Part shown: one piece after another, positions 53,892 to 62,848 of the stretch
Position numbering within the stretch: position 1 is the first letter of the stretch
Layout: each line of letters begins with the position of its first letter
Source of the DNA: Acidimicrobiia bacterium
Lineage (GTDB): Bacteria > Actinomycetota > Acidimicrobiia > Acidimicrobiales > Aldehydirespiratoraceae
Assembly: GCA_003231645.1 (NCBI GenBank)
Contig: QIIW01000066.1
Span: forward strand, 4,094-68,093
DNA length: 64,000 nucleotides
Direction of reading: 5' to 3'
Position numbers and translations under genes: made by a program
Notes under the pieces: model-generated
Database searches by the model: none
The model's input: the letters and a program-made list of their open reading frames with translations, nothing else
What the model was told of the DNA's origin: nothing

Positions 53892-54995
53892 GTGCAAGAC
53901 GATCGGCCGATGATTCCCCGCTTCGGTGACGACTGCGTCACGAGACTGATCCCCGCGTTGCTGGATCCGCGCGCCCGGCCGTTCGCCGCGCTCCCCGATG
54001 GCATTGCGGATGTCAGTGCCGTGGTGCTGCTGGTGGTCGATGGCCTCGGCTGGAACCAGTTGGGCCAACGTCCTCGTGTCGCTCCGGTCCTCTCGGAGAT
54101 GGAAGGTGGACCCGTCACGACGGTTGCTCCCTCGACCACCGTGACGGCGCTCACGTCGATCGTCACGGGTACCGCTCCGGGCGAGCATGGCCTGGTCGGG
54201 TACCGAATCGACGTCGGGGGGCAGGTGCTCAACGCGCTTCGGTGGTCGACCACCCGGGGTGACGCCCGATCGGTAATCGTTCCCGAGGAGTTCCAGCAGG
54301 TACAACCGTTTCTCGGCCAGCGCCCGGTGGTCGTACAGAACGCGATGTTCGCCGGAAGCGGCTTCACACGAGCCCACCTCCAGGGAGTTCGACACAGCGG
54401 ATGGAGGACATTCCCGACTCTCGCCGTCGAGGTCAGGCGGGCCCTGGCCGCCGGAGAGCCCTTCGTCTACGTCTACTACGACGGTATCGACAGGATCGCC
54501 CACGAGTTCGGATTCGGCGAGCACTACGACGCCGAACTCGCCGGGGTCGACCGCCTTGTCACCGAGTTGATGATGTCGTTGCCTCGGGGAGCGGCACTGG
54601 TGGTCACCGCCGATCATGGTCTGGTCGACTGCAGCACCGGAAAGGTCGAACTCGAAGACGCGGTGAAGCGACTGGTGGATCGCCAATCGGGCGAAGCGCG
54701 ATTCCGCTGGCTGCATGCCGAGCCCGGGCGGTCGCGGGAGCTGCTGAAGGCCGCGATGGCATCGCACGGGCACCAAGCCTGGGTGTGGTCGGCCGAGCAG
54801 CTGATCGACGAGGGATGGCTTGGCCCGGTGGTCACCGATGTGGCCCGCTCGAGACTGGGCGATGTCGCGCTCGTCGCCCGCGGCATCAACTGGTTTCTCG
54901 ACCCGGCCGACGGAGGTCGGATCACCCTCATCGGCCGCCACGGCTCACTTACCGCCGACGAAGTGCTGGTGCCGATGCTGAGCTTCGTATCCTGA
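53892..54995 (+). CDS. alkaline phosphatase superfamily protein (type I phosphodiesterase/nucleotide pyrophosphatase-like)
   Basis: LLVVDGLGWNQL, PSTTVTALTSIVTGTAPGEHG, YDGIDRIAHEFG and VTADHG are metal-ligand/nucleophile motifs of the AlkP core. The start is GTG 53892 or ATG 53910. Confidence 0.75.
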   Translation: MQDDRPMIPRFGDDCVTRLIPALLDPRARPFAALPDGIADVSAVVLLVVDGLGWNQLGQRPRVAPVLSEMEGGPVTTVAPSTTVTALTSIVTGTAPGEHGLVGYRIDVGGQVLNALRWSTTRGDARSVIVPEEFQQVQPFLGQRPVVVQNAMFAGSGFTRAHLQGVRHSGWRTFPTLAVEVRRALAAGEPFVYVYYDGIDRIAHEFGFGEHYDAELAGVDRLVTELMMSLPRGAALVVTADHGLVDCSTGKVELEDAVKRLVDRQSGEARFRWLHAEPGRSRELLKAAMASHGHQAWVWSAEQLIDEGWLGPVVTDVARSRLGDVALVARGINWFLDPADGGRITLIGRHGSLTADEVLVPMLSFVS

Positions 54996-55038
54996 ATCAC
55001 CTGCAGTCACGAGATCACCAAGAGAAGAGAGGGTTCCG

Positions 55039-55569
55039 TTGCCAGACGACGAGACCGTTGAGGTCACCCCCATCACCGATCGTCCCGAGATCCTCTCGGG
55101 CGATGCCCCCGGGCCCGACAGTGAGCCCGACGAATCGGTCGACGAGACGGTCGATCACCCGGCCAAGGTGATGCGTATCGGGGCGATGATGAAACAACTG
55201 CTTGACGAGGTCCGTTCGGCCACGCTCGACGAAGCGAGCCGAGGCCGTCTTCGCGAAATCTACGACCAATCGGTCGGTGAGCTCGGCTCGGCGCTCTCCC
55301 CCGACCTGAGGGACGAGTTGAGCCGACTCGTTCTGCCCTTCACGGGTGACGACGTCCCTTCGGCACCCGAATTGCAGGTGGCGCAGGCCCAGCTCGTCGG
55401 TTGGCTCGAAGGCCTGGTCCAAGGCATGCAGGCCATGTTGTTCGCCCAGCAGATGGCAGCTCAGCAGCAGTTGGCGACCATGCGGGGGGCGATCGGCCCG
55501 GGGCCGTCACACACCGGCGAACCCATCCCCGGACACAAGCCGGAGCAGCCCCACGGCACCTATCTCTGA
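55039..55569 (+). CDS. bpa: bacterial proteasome activator (Bpa/PafE family)
   Basis: PAKVMRIGAMMKQLLDEVRSATLDEASRGRLREIY...AQAQLVGWLEGLVQGMQAMLFAQQMAAQQQL closely matches the mycobacterial Bpa core as I remember it. The C-terminus is GTYL, where mycobacterial Bpa has GQYL. TTG start. Confidence 0.85.
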   Translation: MPDDETVEVTPITDRPEILSGDAPGPDSEPDESVDETVDHPAKVMRIGAMMKQLLDEVRSATLDEASRGRLREIYDQSVGELGSALSPDLRDELSRLVLPFTGDDVPSAPELQVAQAQLVGWLEGLVQGMQAMLFAQQMAAQQQLATMRGAIGPGPSHTGEPIPGHKPEQPHGTYL

Positions 55570-55619
55570 GCCGCCCGACGAGGGGGTGGACAACCTGATC
55601 GGCCCCCGATATGTTCGAT

Positions 55620-55668
55620 AATCACACCGCTGTGATTCCTCCACAGGACATCCACAGCTTTGTTCACA
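55620..55668 (+). promoter_or_regulatory. repeat/palindrome cluster upstream of dnaE (YCACA repeats, DnaA-box-like)
   Basis: The inverted repeat AATCACA-ccgc-TGTGATT (55620-55637) is followed by TCCACAG (55640-46), TCCACAG (55651-57) and TTGTTCACA (55660-68), all same-sense and about 11 nt apart. The cluster ends 26 nt before the dnaE ATG. Confidence 0.35.
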
Positions 55669-55693
55669 CCCCAGCGGAGACCGCGTAGCCCCG

Positions 55694-58600
55694 ATGGGCA
55701 ATTCCTTCACCCATCTCCATGTCCACACCGAGTATTCAATGCTCGACGGAGCGTCGCGCCTCGCGGACGTGATCGCCGCCGCCGCGTCGGATGGCCAGCC
55801 CGCCCTCGGCATCACCGACCACGGCAACATGTACGGGGTGCTCGACTTCTACCGCGGGTGCAACGACGCCGGTATCAAGCCGATCATCGGCACCGAGGCC
55901 TACATGGCCCATGACTCGCGGTTCGAACGGCCGAGTCGGCGGGGCAGGATCGACGATTCGGGTGGCGATACCGACGGTGGGAGGAAGCTGTACTACCACC
56001 TGACGCTGCTGGCCGAGAACAATGTCGGATACAAGAATCTGATTCAGCTCGCCAGCCGGGCCTTCATGGAGGGCTATTACTACAAACCCCGGGTTGACTG
56101 GGAGATTCTGGCCGAACATTCCGAGGGCCTGATCGCCACCACCGGTTGTCTCGGTGGACACGTGCTCCAGTCGCTGGTCCACGGCGATGAGCGAGCGGCC
56201 CTGGAGAAGGCGGCGCGTCTCCAGGAGATCTTCGGGCGCGACAACCTGTTCGTCGAGCTCCAGGACCACGGCATCCCGGAACAACACCGGACCAACCCCA
56301 AACTGCTCGAGATCGCCAAGTCGATCAGCGCTCCGCTGCTCGCCACCAACGACAGCCACTACACCCACCAGAGCGATTCACAGGCCCACGACGCTCTGCT
56401 CTGTGTGCAGACCGGCTCTCTGTTGAGTGACACCGACCGCTTCAAGTTCCACGGTGATCAGCACTACCTGAAGTCGGCCGGTGAGATGAGGCGACTTTTC
56501 GCCGAGGTCGAATCGGCCTGCGACAATTCCCTGTGGATAGCGGAACGCGCCGATGTCACCATCGAGTTCGGCAAACCGCAGCTTCCCGAGTTTCCGCTTC
56601 CCGAGGGCTTCGGGTCCGATCGCGACTATCTGCTTCACCTCACCATGGAGGGTGCCGGCGAGAGGTGGGGCGACCCGCTGCCCGATGCCGTGCTCGAACG
56701 CCTGGCCTACGAACTCGATGTCATCAACAGCATGGGATTCGCCTCGTATTTCATTATCACGTGGGACCTCATCAAGTACGCCCGAGACCACGGCATTCGC
56801 GTGGGTCCGGGCCGTGGTTCAGCCGCCGGATGCGCGGTCGCCTACACGCTGCGGATCACCGATCTCGACCCCATCGAGTACGACCTTCTCTTCGAACGCT
56901 TCCTCAACCCGGCGCGCGTGTCCATGCCCGACATCGACATGGACTTCGACACCAGATTTCGCGACGAGATGATCCGCTACGCAGCATCCCGTTACGGCCG
57001 CGACAACGTGGCCCAGATCATCACCTTCAGCCAGATCAAGGCCCGGGCCGCGGTGCGCGACGCGGCCCGCGTGCTCGGGTATCCCTACGCGATGGGCGAC
57101 CGTGTGGCCAAGGCCATGCCTCCACTGGTGATGGGCCGTGACACCCCGCTGCGCTACTGCTTCGAGCAGGATCTGAAATACGCCGACGGCTACAAGGCAG
57201 CCGGTGAGTTGCGCGACATGGCAGCGAGTGACGCCGACGTGGCAAGGGTGGTGGAGGTGGCGCGTGGGCTGGAGGGACTTCGTCGCCAGGACGGCATCCA
57301 CGCTGCGGCCGTGGTGATCACCAAGGAGCCGCTCACCGAATACATGCCGATTCAGCGCAAGCCCGAATCCGGCAAGGACATCAGCGAGGTCCCGGTCGTC
57401 ACCCAGTACGAGATGCACGGCGTCGAGGATCTCGGCCTGCTCAAGATGGATTTCCTGGGGCTGCGAAACCTCGACGTCATCAGTGACTGCCTGGAGTTGG
57501 TCAAGTCCACTCGAGGGATCGATCTCGACATCGATTCTGTTCCTCTCGACGATGTGCCGACCTTCGAGCTGCTCAGACGGGGCGACACCATCGGAGTGTT
57601 CCAGCTCGAGTCGGGGCCGATGCGGGCCCTCATACGTTCGTTGGCCCCCACGTCGTTCGACGATGTGGCGGCTCTCGTGGCGCTCTATCGGCCCGGCCCG
57701 ATGAACGCCAACATGCACAACGACTATGCCGACCGCAAGAACGGCCGCAAGCCGATCGAGGTTTTCCATGAGGACGCCAGAGAGCTCCTGGCCGACACCT
57801 ACGGACTGATGATCTATCAGGAATCGGTCATGCGGGTCGCCCAGAAGTTCGCCGGCTACTCGCTCGCCCAGGCCGATTCGCTCCGCAAGGCCTGCGGCAA
57901 GAAGGACCGCGAGATCATGGCCATGGAACGAGCCGGATTCGTCCAGGGATGTCGCGACCAGGGCTACGGCGAGAAACTCGGCACGAAACTGTTCGATGTC
58001 ATCGAGAAGTTCGCCGACTACGCGTTCAACAAGAGTCACTCGTTCGGCTACGGATACGTGGCCTACCAGATCGCCTATCTGAAGGCCAACTTCCCGGTCG
58101 AGTACTTCTCGGCCCTGCTCACCAGTGTGAAGGGCAAGCTCGAGACCGCGGCCGTGTATCTCAACGAGTGCCGGGTGATGGGTATCGAGGTGCAGGTCCC
58201 CGACATCAACCGGTCCGACTCCGACTTCACCCCGTTGCCGAACCAGGACGAGGAATCCGAATCGCTCGGCCGGATCGTGTTCGGGCTGTCGGCAGTGCGC
58301 AACGTCGGCGTGGGTTTCGTGGCCCGGATAGTCGACGAGCGCAACGCCAACGGTCCTTTCGATTCGTTCAACGATTTCGTCGAGCGGGTCGATCTCGAGG
58401 CGCTCAACAAACGCACCATCGAGTCGCTGATCAAAGCGGGCACCTTCGATTCGCTCGGCCCCCCCCGCAAGGGACTTCTCCAGGTCTTCGAGCAGATCGT
58501 CGACCTCACGACGAAACGTCGGCGCGAGCACGACATGGGGGTCATGTCGTTGTTCGGCGACGTCGATGAGGCCCCGACCTTCGAGGAGCGCCCGTCGATC

Positions 58601-59230
58601 CCGGACGTCGAGTTCGACAAGATGCCCAGGCTCGCCCACGAAAAGGAGATGCTCGGGCTCTACATCTCCGATCATCCTCTGCTCGGCATGGAGGCATTGA
58701 TCCGCCGCAAGGCCGACTGCACGGTTAGCGATCTCGCCGACATGGTCGATGGCTCGATCCGCAAGGTCGGTGGCGTCGTCACCAATCTGCAGCGCAAGTG
58801 GACCCGGGCCGGAGAGCTGATGGCCGTGTTCGAGTTGGAGGATCTGGGTGGTTCGGTTGAAGCGATGGTGTTCCCACGCACCATGCAGGACCACGGACCG
58901 AAGTTGGCCGACGACGTGATCGTGCTGATCCGTGGACGGGTCGAGAACCGCGACGACATTCCGAAACTGTTCGTCCAGGACATCGAGGTGGTCGAGGATC
59001 TCAGCGATTCGGCTCCGGTGAGAGTCAGGCTCACCCCCGAGAACCAGCAGGCGTCATGTATCGCCGAACTCAAGTCGATCCTTGCCGCCCACCCTGGCGA
59101 CTCGCCGGTCGAGCTGCATCTCAGTGATCGCCGGGTGCTACGCCTTCCCGACGACTATGCAGTCGACAGCGCCAACGGCGTCATCGCCGAACTCAGGGTG
59201 TTGCTCGGCCCCGATGCCATCCTGATCTGA
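55694..59230 (+). CDS. dnaE: DNA polymerase III alpha subunit
   Basis: 1178 aa. PHP domain FTHLHVHTEYSMLDGA, the polymerase core (GRGSAAGCAVAY, PDIDMDF), and an OB-fold C-terminus. Confidence 0.97.
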   Translation: MGNSFTHLHVHTEYSMLDGASRLADVIAAAASDGQPALGITDHGNMYGVLDFYRGCNDAGIKPIIGTEAYMAHDSRFERPSRRGRIDDSGGDTDGGRKLYYHLTLLAENNVGYKNLIQLASRAFMEGYYYKPRVDWEILAEHSEGLIATTGCLGGHVLQSLVHGDERAALEKAARLQEIFGRDNLFVELQDHGIPEQHRTNPKLLEIAKSISAPLLATNDSHYTHQSDSQAHDALLCVQTGSLLSDTDRFKFHGDQHYLKSAGEMRRLFAEVESACDNSLWIAERADVTIEFGKPQLPEFPLPEGFGSDRDYLLHLTMEGAGERWGDPLPDAVLERLAYELDVINSMGFASYFIITWDLIKYARDHGIRVGPGRGSAAGCAVAYTLRITDLDPIEYDLLFERFLNPARVSMPDIDMDFDTRFRDEMIRYAASRYGRDNVAQIITFSQIKARAAVRDAARVLGYPYAMGDRVAKAMPPLVMGRDTPLRYCFEQDLKYADGYKAAGELRDMAASDADVARVVEVARGLEGLRRQDGIHAAAVVITKEPLTEYMPIQRKPESGKDISEVPVVTQYEMHGVEDLGLLKMDFLGLRNLDVISDCLELVKSTRGIDLDIDSVPLDDVPTFELLRRGDTIGVFQLESGPMRALIRSLAPTSFDDVAALVALYRPGPMNANMHNDYADRKNGRKPIEVFHEDARELLADTYGLMIYQESVMRVAQKFAGYSLAQADSLRKACGKKDREIMAMERAGFVQGCRDQGYGEKLGTKLFDVIEKFADYAFNKSHSFGYGYVAYQIAYLKANFPVEYFSALLTSVKGKLETAAVYLNECRVMGIEVQVPDINRSDSDFTPLPNQDEESESLGRIVFGLSAVRNVGVGFVARIVDERNANGPFDSFNDFVERVDLEALNKRTIESLIKAGTFDSLGPPRKGLLQVFEQIVDLTTKRRREHDMGVMSLFGDVDEAPTFEERPSIPDVEFDKMPRLAHEKEMLGLYISDHPLLGMEALIRRKADCTVSDLADMVDGSIRKVGGVVTNLQRKWTRAGELMAVFELEDLGGSVEAMVFPRTMQDHGPKLADDVIVLIRGRVENRDDIPKLFVQDIEVVEDLSDSAPVRVRLTPENQQASCIAELKSILAAHPGDSPVELHLSDRRVLRLPDDYAVDSANGVIAELRVLLGPDAILI

Positions 59231-59269
59231 TCGCCGGCCAAGGCTGGGGTCCTGGGGGTTTTCGGCGAC

Positions 59270-60031
59270 ATGCCCAGCCTCGGACACCGCGGAGTTGCGA
59301 TTCTCGGCGAAAGGCTGTGGACTGTATGGGTTGGATTCGACGATTTCGGGAGCACGGTAGCAGTGGCGATCGAGGTAGAAACCAGAGACTGCACCAGCTT
59401 GACCGACGCCGAGTTGGCTGAGATGGCCGACCTGTGCGCTTGTTCTCCCAACGCCTACGAGGTCGGTCTGCTGTCAAAGCAGGTCGAGGAGTGGGTTCTG
59501 GTGGCGGTCGCCACCGAGTCAGGGAAGATCCGTGGGTTCTCCTACTGCACGCTCGAACGTATCGGCGGCACACCCAGCCTCTTGATCGGCGCGGCCCACA
59601 CCTGCCGAAACTCCAAGCGCGACACCGTCCTGCGGGCGATGATCACCGATCAGTTGCGGCGCTCGGTGCTGGCGTTCCCCGACGAGGATGTTCTCGTGGG
59701 CAGCCAGTTCAATGATCCCAGCGGTTTCGAGGCCTTCAAGACCCTCAATCACGTTGTGCCTCGTCCCGACCACAAGGCGTCCGGTGAGGAGCGCGCCTGG
59801 GGCCGGCGGCTGGCCAAGCGGTTCGGCATCGGTGCCACCTCCTACGAGGACCGGGTCTTCATGGTGCGTGGTCACGGTCAGCAGGCCACGGTTCTCGATC
59901 ATGAGAGTTCCAAGCCCGAGAAGATCCCGGCCGGTGTGGCCGCCCAGTTCGACGGCCTCGATGTCGTCAACGGTGATTCGCTCATAGCGTTCGGCTGGGC
60001 CATGGCCGAGGAACTCGAGAAGCTGCTCTGA
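59270..60031 (+). CDS. hypothetical protein
   Basis: GC-rich third positions from about 59360 onward. The first ~30 codons have weaker coding bias, so GTG 59363 (GGGAG 10 nt upstream; VAIEVETRDC...) may be the true start. I recognised no family. Confidence 0.55.
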   Translation: MPSLGHRGVAILGERLWTVWVGFDDFGSTVAVAIEVETRDCTSLTDAELAEMADLCACSPNAYEVGLLSKQVEEWVLVAVATESGKIRGFSYCTLERIGGTPSLLIGAAHTCRNSKRDTVLRAMITDQLRRSVLAFPDEDVLVGSQFNDPSGFEAFKTLNHVVPRPDHKASGEERAWGRRLAKRFGIGATSYEDRVFMVRGHGQQATVLDHESSKPEKIPAGVAAQFDGLDVVNGDSLIAFGWAMAEELEKLL

Positions 60032-60053
60032 GCGGACGGCCCGACCGGCCAAG

Positions 60054-60653
60054 GTGGAGTATTCGGAGGTAATCGCCCGGCGCAGGATGAGTCGCTCGTT
60101 CGAGCGTCGTCCCGTCGATCCGGGGGTGCTCGAACGGCTGCTGCGGCAGGCCCTGCGGGCGCCGTCGGCCGGCAACACCGCGTCGCTCCGGTTTCTCGTG
60201 CTTGAAGGAGCGGAACAGACCGGTTCCTACTGGGACCTGACATTGCCTCATGATCGGCGCGTCGATTTCGCGTGGCCCCGCCTGCTCGATGCGCCGGTGT
60301 TGGTGGTGCCTTGGGTCGATCCGGATGCCTATGTGAGCCGATACGCCGAGCCCGACAAGGTTCGCGCCGGTTTGGGTCGGACAGTCGATGACTGGCCGGT
60401 CCCCTATTGGTTCGTCGACGGGGGAGCCGCGGTGATGTCGCTGCTCCACGGCGCTGTCGATGTCGGGCTCGGAGCGCTGTTCTTCGGACTGTTCGATCAT
60501 GAGGACGCCGTCCGGTCGCGATACGGGGTGCCCGCCGGGAGGCGGGCGGTGGGCGTGGTCGCGTTGGGCCACGCTCGGGCCGAGCGGCCGTCGGGGTCGG
60601 CCCGACGCCCCCGGGCGCCCTTCGACGAGGTGATTCATCGGGGCCGGTGGTGA
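60054..60653 (+). CDS. nitroreductase family protein
   Basis: VIARRRMSRSFERRPVDPGVLERLLRQALRAPSAGNTASLRFLVL is a typical nitroreductase N-terminus. Confidence 0.8.
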   Translation: MEYSEVIARRRMSRSFERRPVDPGVLERLLRQALRAPSAGNTASLRFLVLEGAEQTGSYWDLTLPHDRRVDFAWPRLLDAPVLVVPWVDPDAYVSRYAEPDKVRAGLGRTVDDWPVPYWFVDGGAAVMSLLHGAVDVGLGALFFGLFDHEDAVRSRYGVPAGRRAVGVVALGHARAERPSGSARRPRAPFDEVIHRGRW

Positions 60654-60741
60654 CATCCGGCCGAGCGACGCGAACTGGCGTTGGCTTTGGCAGCGGGATT
60701 ACTCTCGTTTCGAACCACCGGACCGCATCGCGGAGGAATCT

Positions 60742-61155
60742 ATGGTCACCAAGAAGGCCACGACCGAGCAGGTACCCCTGGTCGACTACCTGCGTCTCGG
60801 CGCCCGTCCCCACCTGCGGGCCCACGAGTGCACCAACTGCGGGGCGCGTTTCTTTGATCGACGCAACGCCTGCGCCAAGTGCGGAAAGACTGCGTTCAAG
60901 AACGCCAGGATCAGGAATTCTGCGACGGTGAGGGCGTTCACGATCGTCCACCGGGCTGCGCCCGGAATCCCTGCTCCGTACGTGTCGGCGATAGTCACCA
61001 CCGAGGACGGCACGACGGTGCGATCCAACATCGTCAACTGCGAGCCGTCGCCCGACGCGGTGAAGCTCGGCATGAAAGTGAAGTTCACCACCTATGCGAT
61101 CGGTATCGACGACGAGGGTCGGGAGGCCATCGCCTACGGATACCAGCCGGTCTGA
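60742..61155 (+). CDS. DUF35 Zn-ribbon/OB-fold protein (thiolase-associated)
   Basis: CTNCGARFFDRRNACAKCGK (rubredoxin-like zinc ribbon) followed by an OB-like segment. It lies immediately upstream of a thiolase-like gene, the usual pairing. Confidence 0.8.
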   Translation: MVTKKATTEQVPLVDYLRLGARPHLRAHECTNCGARFFDRRNACAKCGKTAFKNARIRNSATVRAFTIVHRAAPGIPAPYVSAIVTTEDGTTVRSNIVNCEPSPDAVKLGMKVKFTTYAIGIDDEGREAIAYGYQPV

Positions 61156-61179
61156 CCCGGACGACAGAGAGGTATTCCA

Positions 61180-62382
61180 ATGGCAGGAGACGACGTCTGG
61201 GTCCTCGGGACCCACATGACCAGGTTCGGTCGCTATCCCGACAAGGACTGGGTCGATCTCGCGAGCGAGAGCGCGATGGCCGCCATGGCCGACGGCAAGG
61301 TCACCATCCACGACATGGAGATCCTGGCGGCCGGTTCGTTGTTCAACGTCTCGGGCGGCCCGGGACAGCGCATCCAAAAGCAGATCGGCCAGACGGGAAT
61401 TCCCGTTTACAACGTGGCCAACGCGTGTGCCACCGGTGCCACCGCTCTTCGCACCGTCTACATGGCCATCAAGGCGGGCGAGGCCGAGATCGGTCTGGCG
61501 GTGGGTGTCGAGCAGATGGGCAAGATGGGCATGCTCTCGGGTGGCACCATGAAGGTGAGCAAGACATTTGAGCCCGAAGGTCGCTACGGAGCGGTTACCG
61601 GGATCGACGGATACCTCGGCACCGAGGGCATGCCCGGCGTGTTCGCTCAGGCCGGCATGGCTTATGCGAATGAGTTCGACGGGGTCGGTTTCGAACAATT
61701 CGCGAAGGTGGCCTACAAGAACCACAAGAACTCCACGAGGAATCCGCTGGCTCAGTACCGCAAGGAATTCAGCCTCGAGGAGGTGATGGGCGCCCCGGTG
61801 ATGGCCTACCCCAACACACTGCTCATGTGTTGCCCCACGGGCGACGGTGCCGCCGCGGCGGTGCTGGTGTCGGCAGAGCGTCTCAAGAGCATGTCGAAGA
61901 GAGTGCAGAAGAGGGCCGTGAAGATCTCGGCGTCCGTGCTCACCTCCGATCCGTGGACCGAGGACTCCCAGGTCCTGCCCGACGTCAACACCCTCACCCG
62001 CAACGCCGCGAATCAGGCCTACGAGAAGGCCGGGGTCGACCCGGCCGATCTTGATCTGGTGGAACTCCACGACTGTTTCGCCACGGCCGAACTACTCCAC
62101 TACGACAATCTCGGACTCTGTGAACACGGCGGGGCCGGCGACTGGATCGACTCCGGCGGTCCGTTCCGTGAAGGTGAGATTCCGGTCAACGTGTCCGGTG
62201 GCCTGATCTCGAAGGGCCATCCGATCGGCGCCACCGGCATCGCCAACGTCTACGAGGTCACGACCCATCTTCGGGGCGAGGCCGGTGACCGTCAGGTCAA
62301 GGGCGCCAAGGTCGGCCTCACCCATGTGATCGGGCTCGGGTCGTCGTGCGCGATCCATATTCTGGAGAAGGCCGCAGCCTGA
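61180..62382 (+). CDS. thiolase-fold protein, SCP-x/lipid-transfer (Ltp)-type
   Basis: VANACATGATALR (active-site Cys region), ELHDCFA and GGLISKGHPIGATG. Confidence 0.85.
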   Translation: MAGDDVWVLGTHMTRFGRYPDKDWVDLASESAMAAMADGKVTIHDMEILAAGSLFNVSGGPGQRIQKQIGQTGIPVYNVANACATGATALRTVYMAIKAGEAEIGLAVGVEQMGKMGMLSGGTMKVSKTFEPEGRYGAVTGIDGYLGTEGMPGVFAQAGMAYANEFDGVGFEQFAKVAYKNHKNSTRNPLAQYRKEFSLEEVMGAPVMAYPNTLLMCCPTGDGAAAAVLVSAERLKSMSKRVQKRAVKISASVLTSDPWTEDSQVLPDVNTLTRNAANQAYEKAGVDPADLDLVELHDCFATAELLHYDNLGLCEHGGAGDWIDSGGPFREGEIPVNVSGGLISKGHPIGATGIANVYEVTTHLRGEAGDRQVKGAKVGLTHVIGLGSSCAIHILEKAAA

Positions 62383-62840
62383 ACCGATCGCGATGGCTCC
62401 GTGCCCGCCGTGCCTACGCCGATGTCGTGGGCGACGATGATCCGGCCCGCGTCGATGTGGCCGGCGGTGCGGTCGACCTGAGGCCGGGTTGGGACGTCGA
62501 CGAACCGGGCGATCTCCGGGTCGAGGGCGCCTCGGCGGTGGTGTCGGGACCAGATGACCTGACAGAGCTGAGACAGGTGGTCGAGCGGATGACCGGTCCG
62601 GGGTCGTGGCCGGTGTGTGGAGTGCCCGACGGATTCGTGGTGGTCGAGACCCGCCGTGTGGTGATCACACTGTCGCGACCCGGGCCGATGCTCAGGCTCG
62701 TCATGTCGATGGACGACCTGGTCGACGACCGTTCCCGGGCCTGGCGGACCTGGAAGACCGTTGTCGAGTCGGTGGGCGCCGCTCTCGGTCCGATGTTCGA
62801 CCTCACCGTCGAGGTGATGTTGGTGCGTCCAACCGGATGA
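62346..62840 (+). CDS. hypothetical protein
   Basis: GC-rich third positions, but no recognisable motif. The start is uncertain: GTG 62346 overlaps the thiolase gene by 37 nt, and GTG 62427 is the next in-frame start. Confidence 0.5.
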   Translation: MRDPYSGEGRSLNRSRWLRARRAYADVVGDDDPARVDVAGGAVDLRPGWDVDEPGDLRVEGASAVVSGPDDLTELRQVVERMTGPGSWPVCGVPDGFVVVETRRVVITLSRPGPMLRLVMSMDDLVDDRSRAWRTWKTVVESVGAALGPMFDLTVEVMLVRPTG

Positions 62841-62848
62841 CAGGTCGA

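Noticed and set aside
55611-55626. GTTCGA half-site (atGTTCGAtaatcaca) upstream of dnaE as a possible actinobacterial LexA/SOS box (TCGAAC-N4-GTTCGA).
   Set aside because: Only one half-site is present. No matching TCGAAC lies at the required spacing.
56819-58894. 691-aa minus-strand ORF inside dnaE.
   Set aside because: This is a shadow ORF opposite a 1178-aa DNA polymerase III alpha gene with intact PHP and polymerase motifs. Its composition is biased (H/R/G/D/L) and it has no recognisable domain.
59899-62070. 723-aa minus-strand ORF spanning four + strand genes (hypothetical, nitroreductase, DUF35, thiolase).
   Set aside because: The translation is extremely Arg/Pro/Gly-rich. It crosses intergenic gaps of well-supported + strand genes, which is typical of a high-GC artefact.
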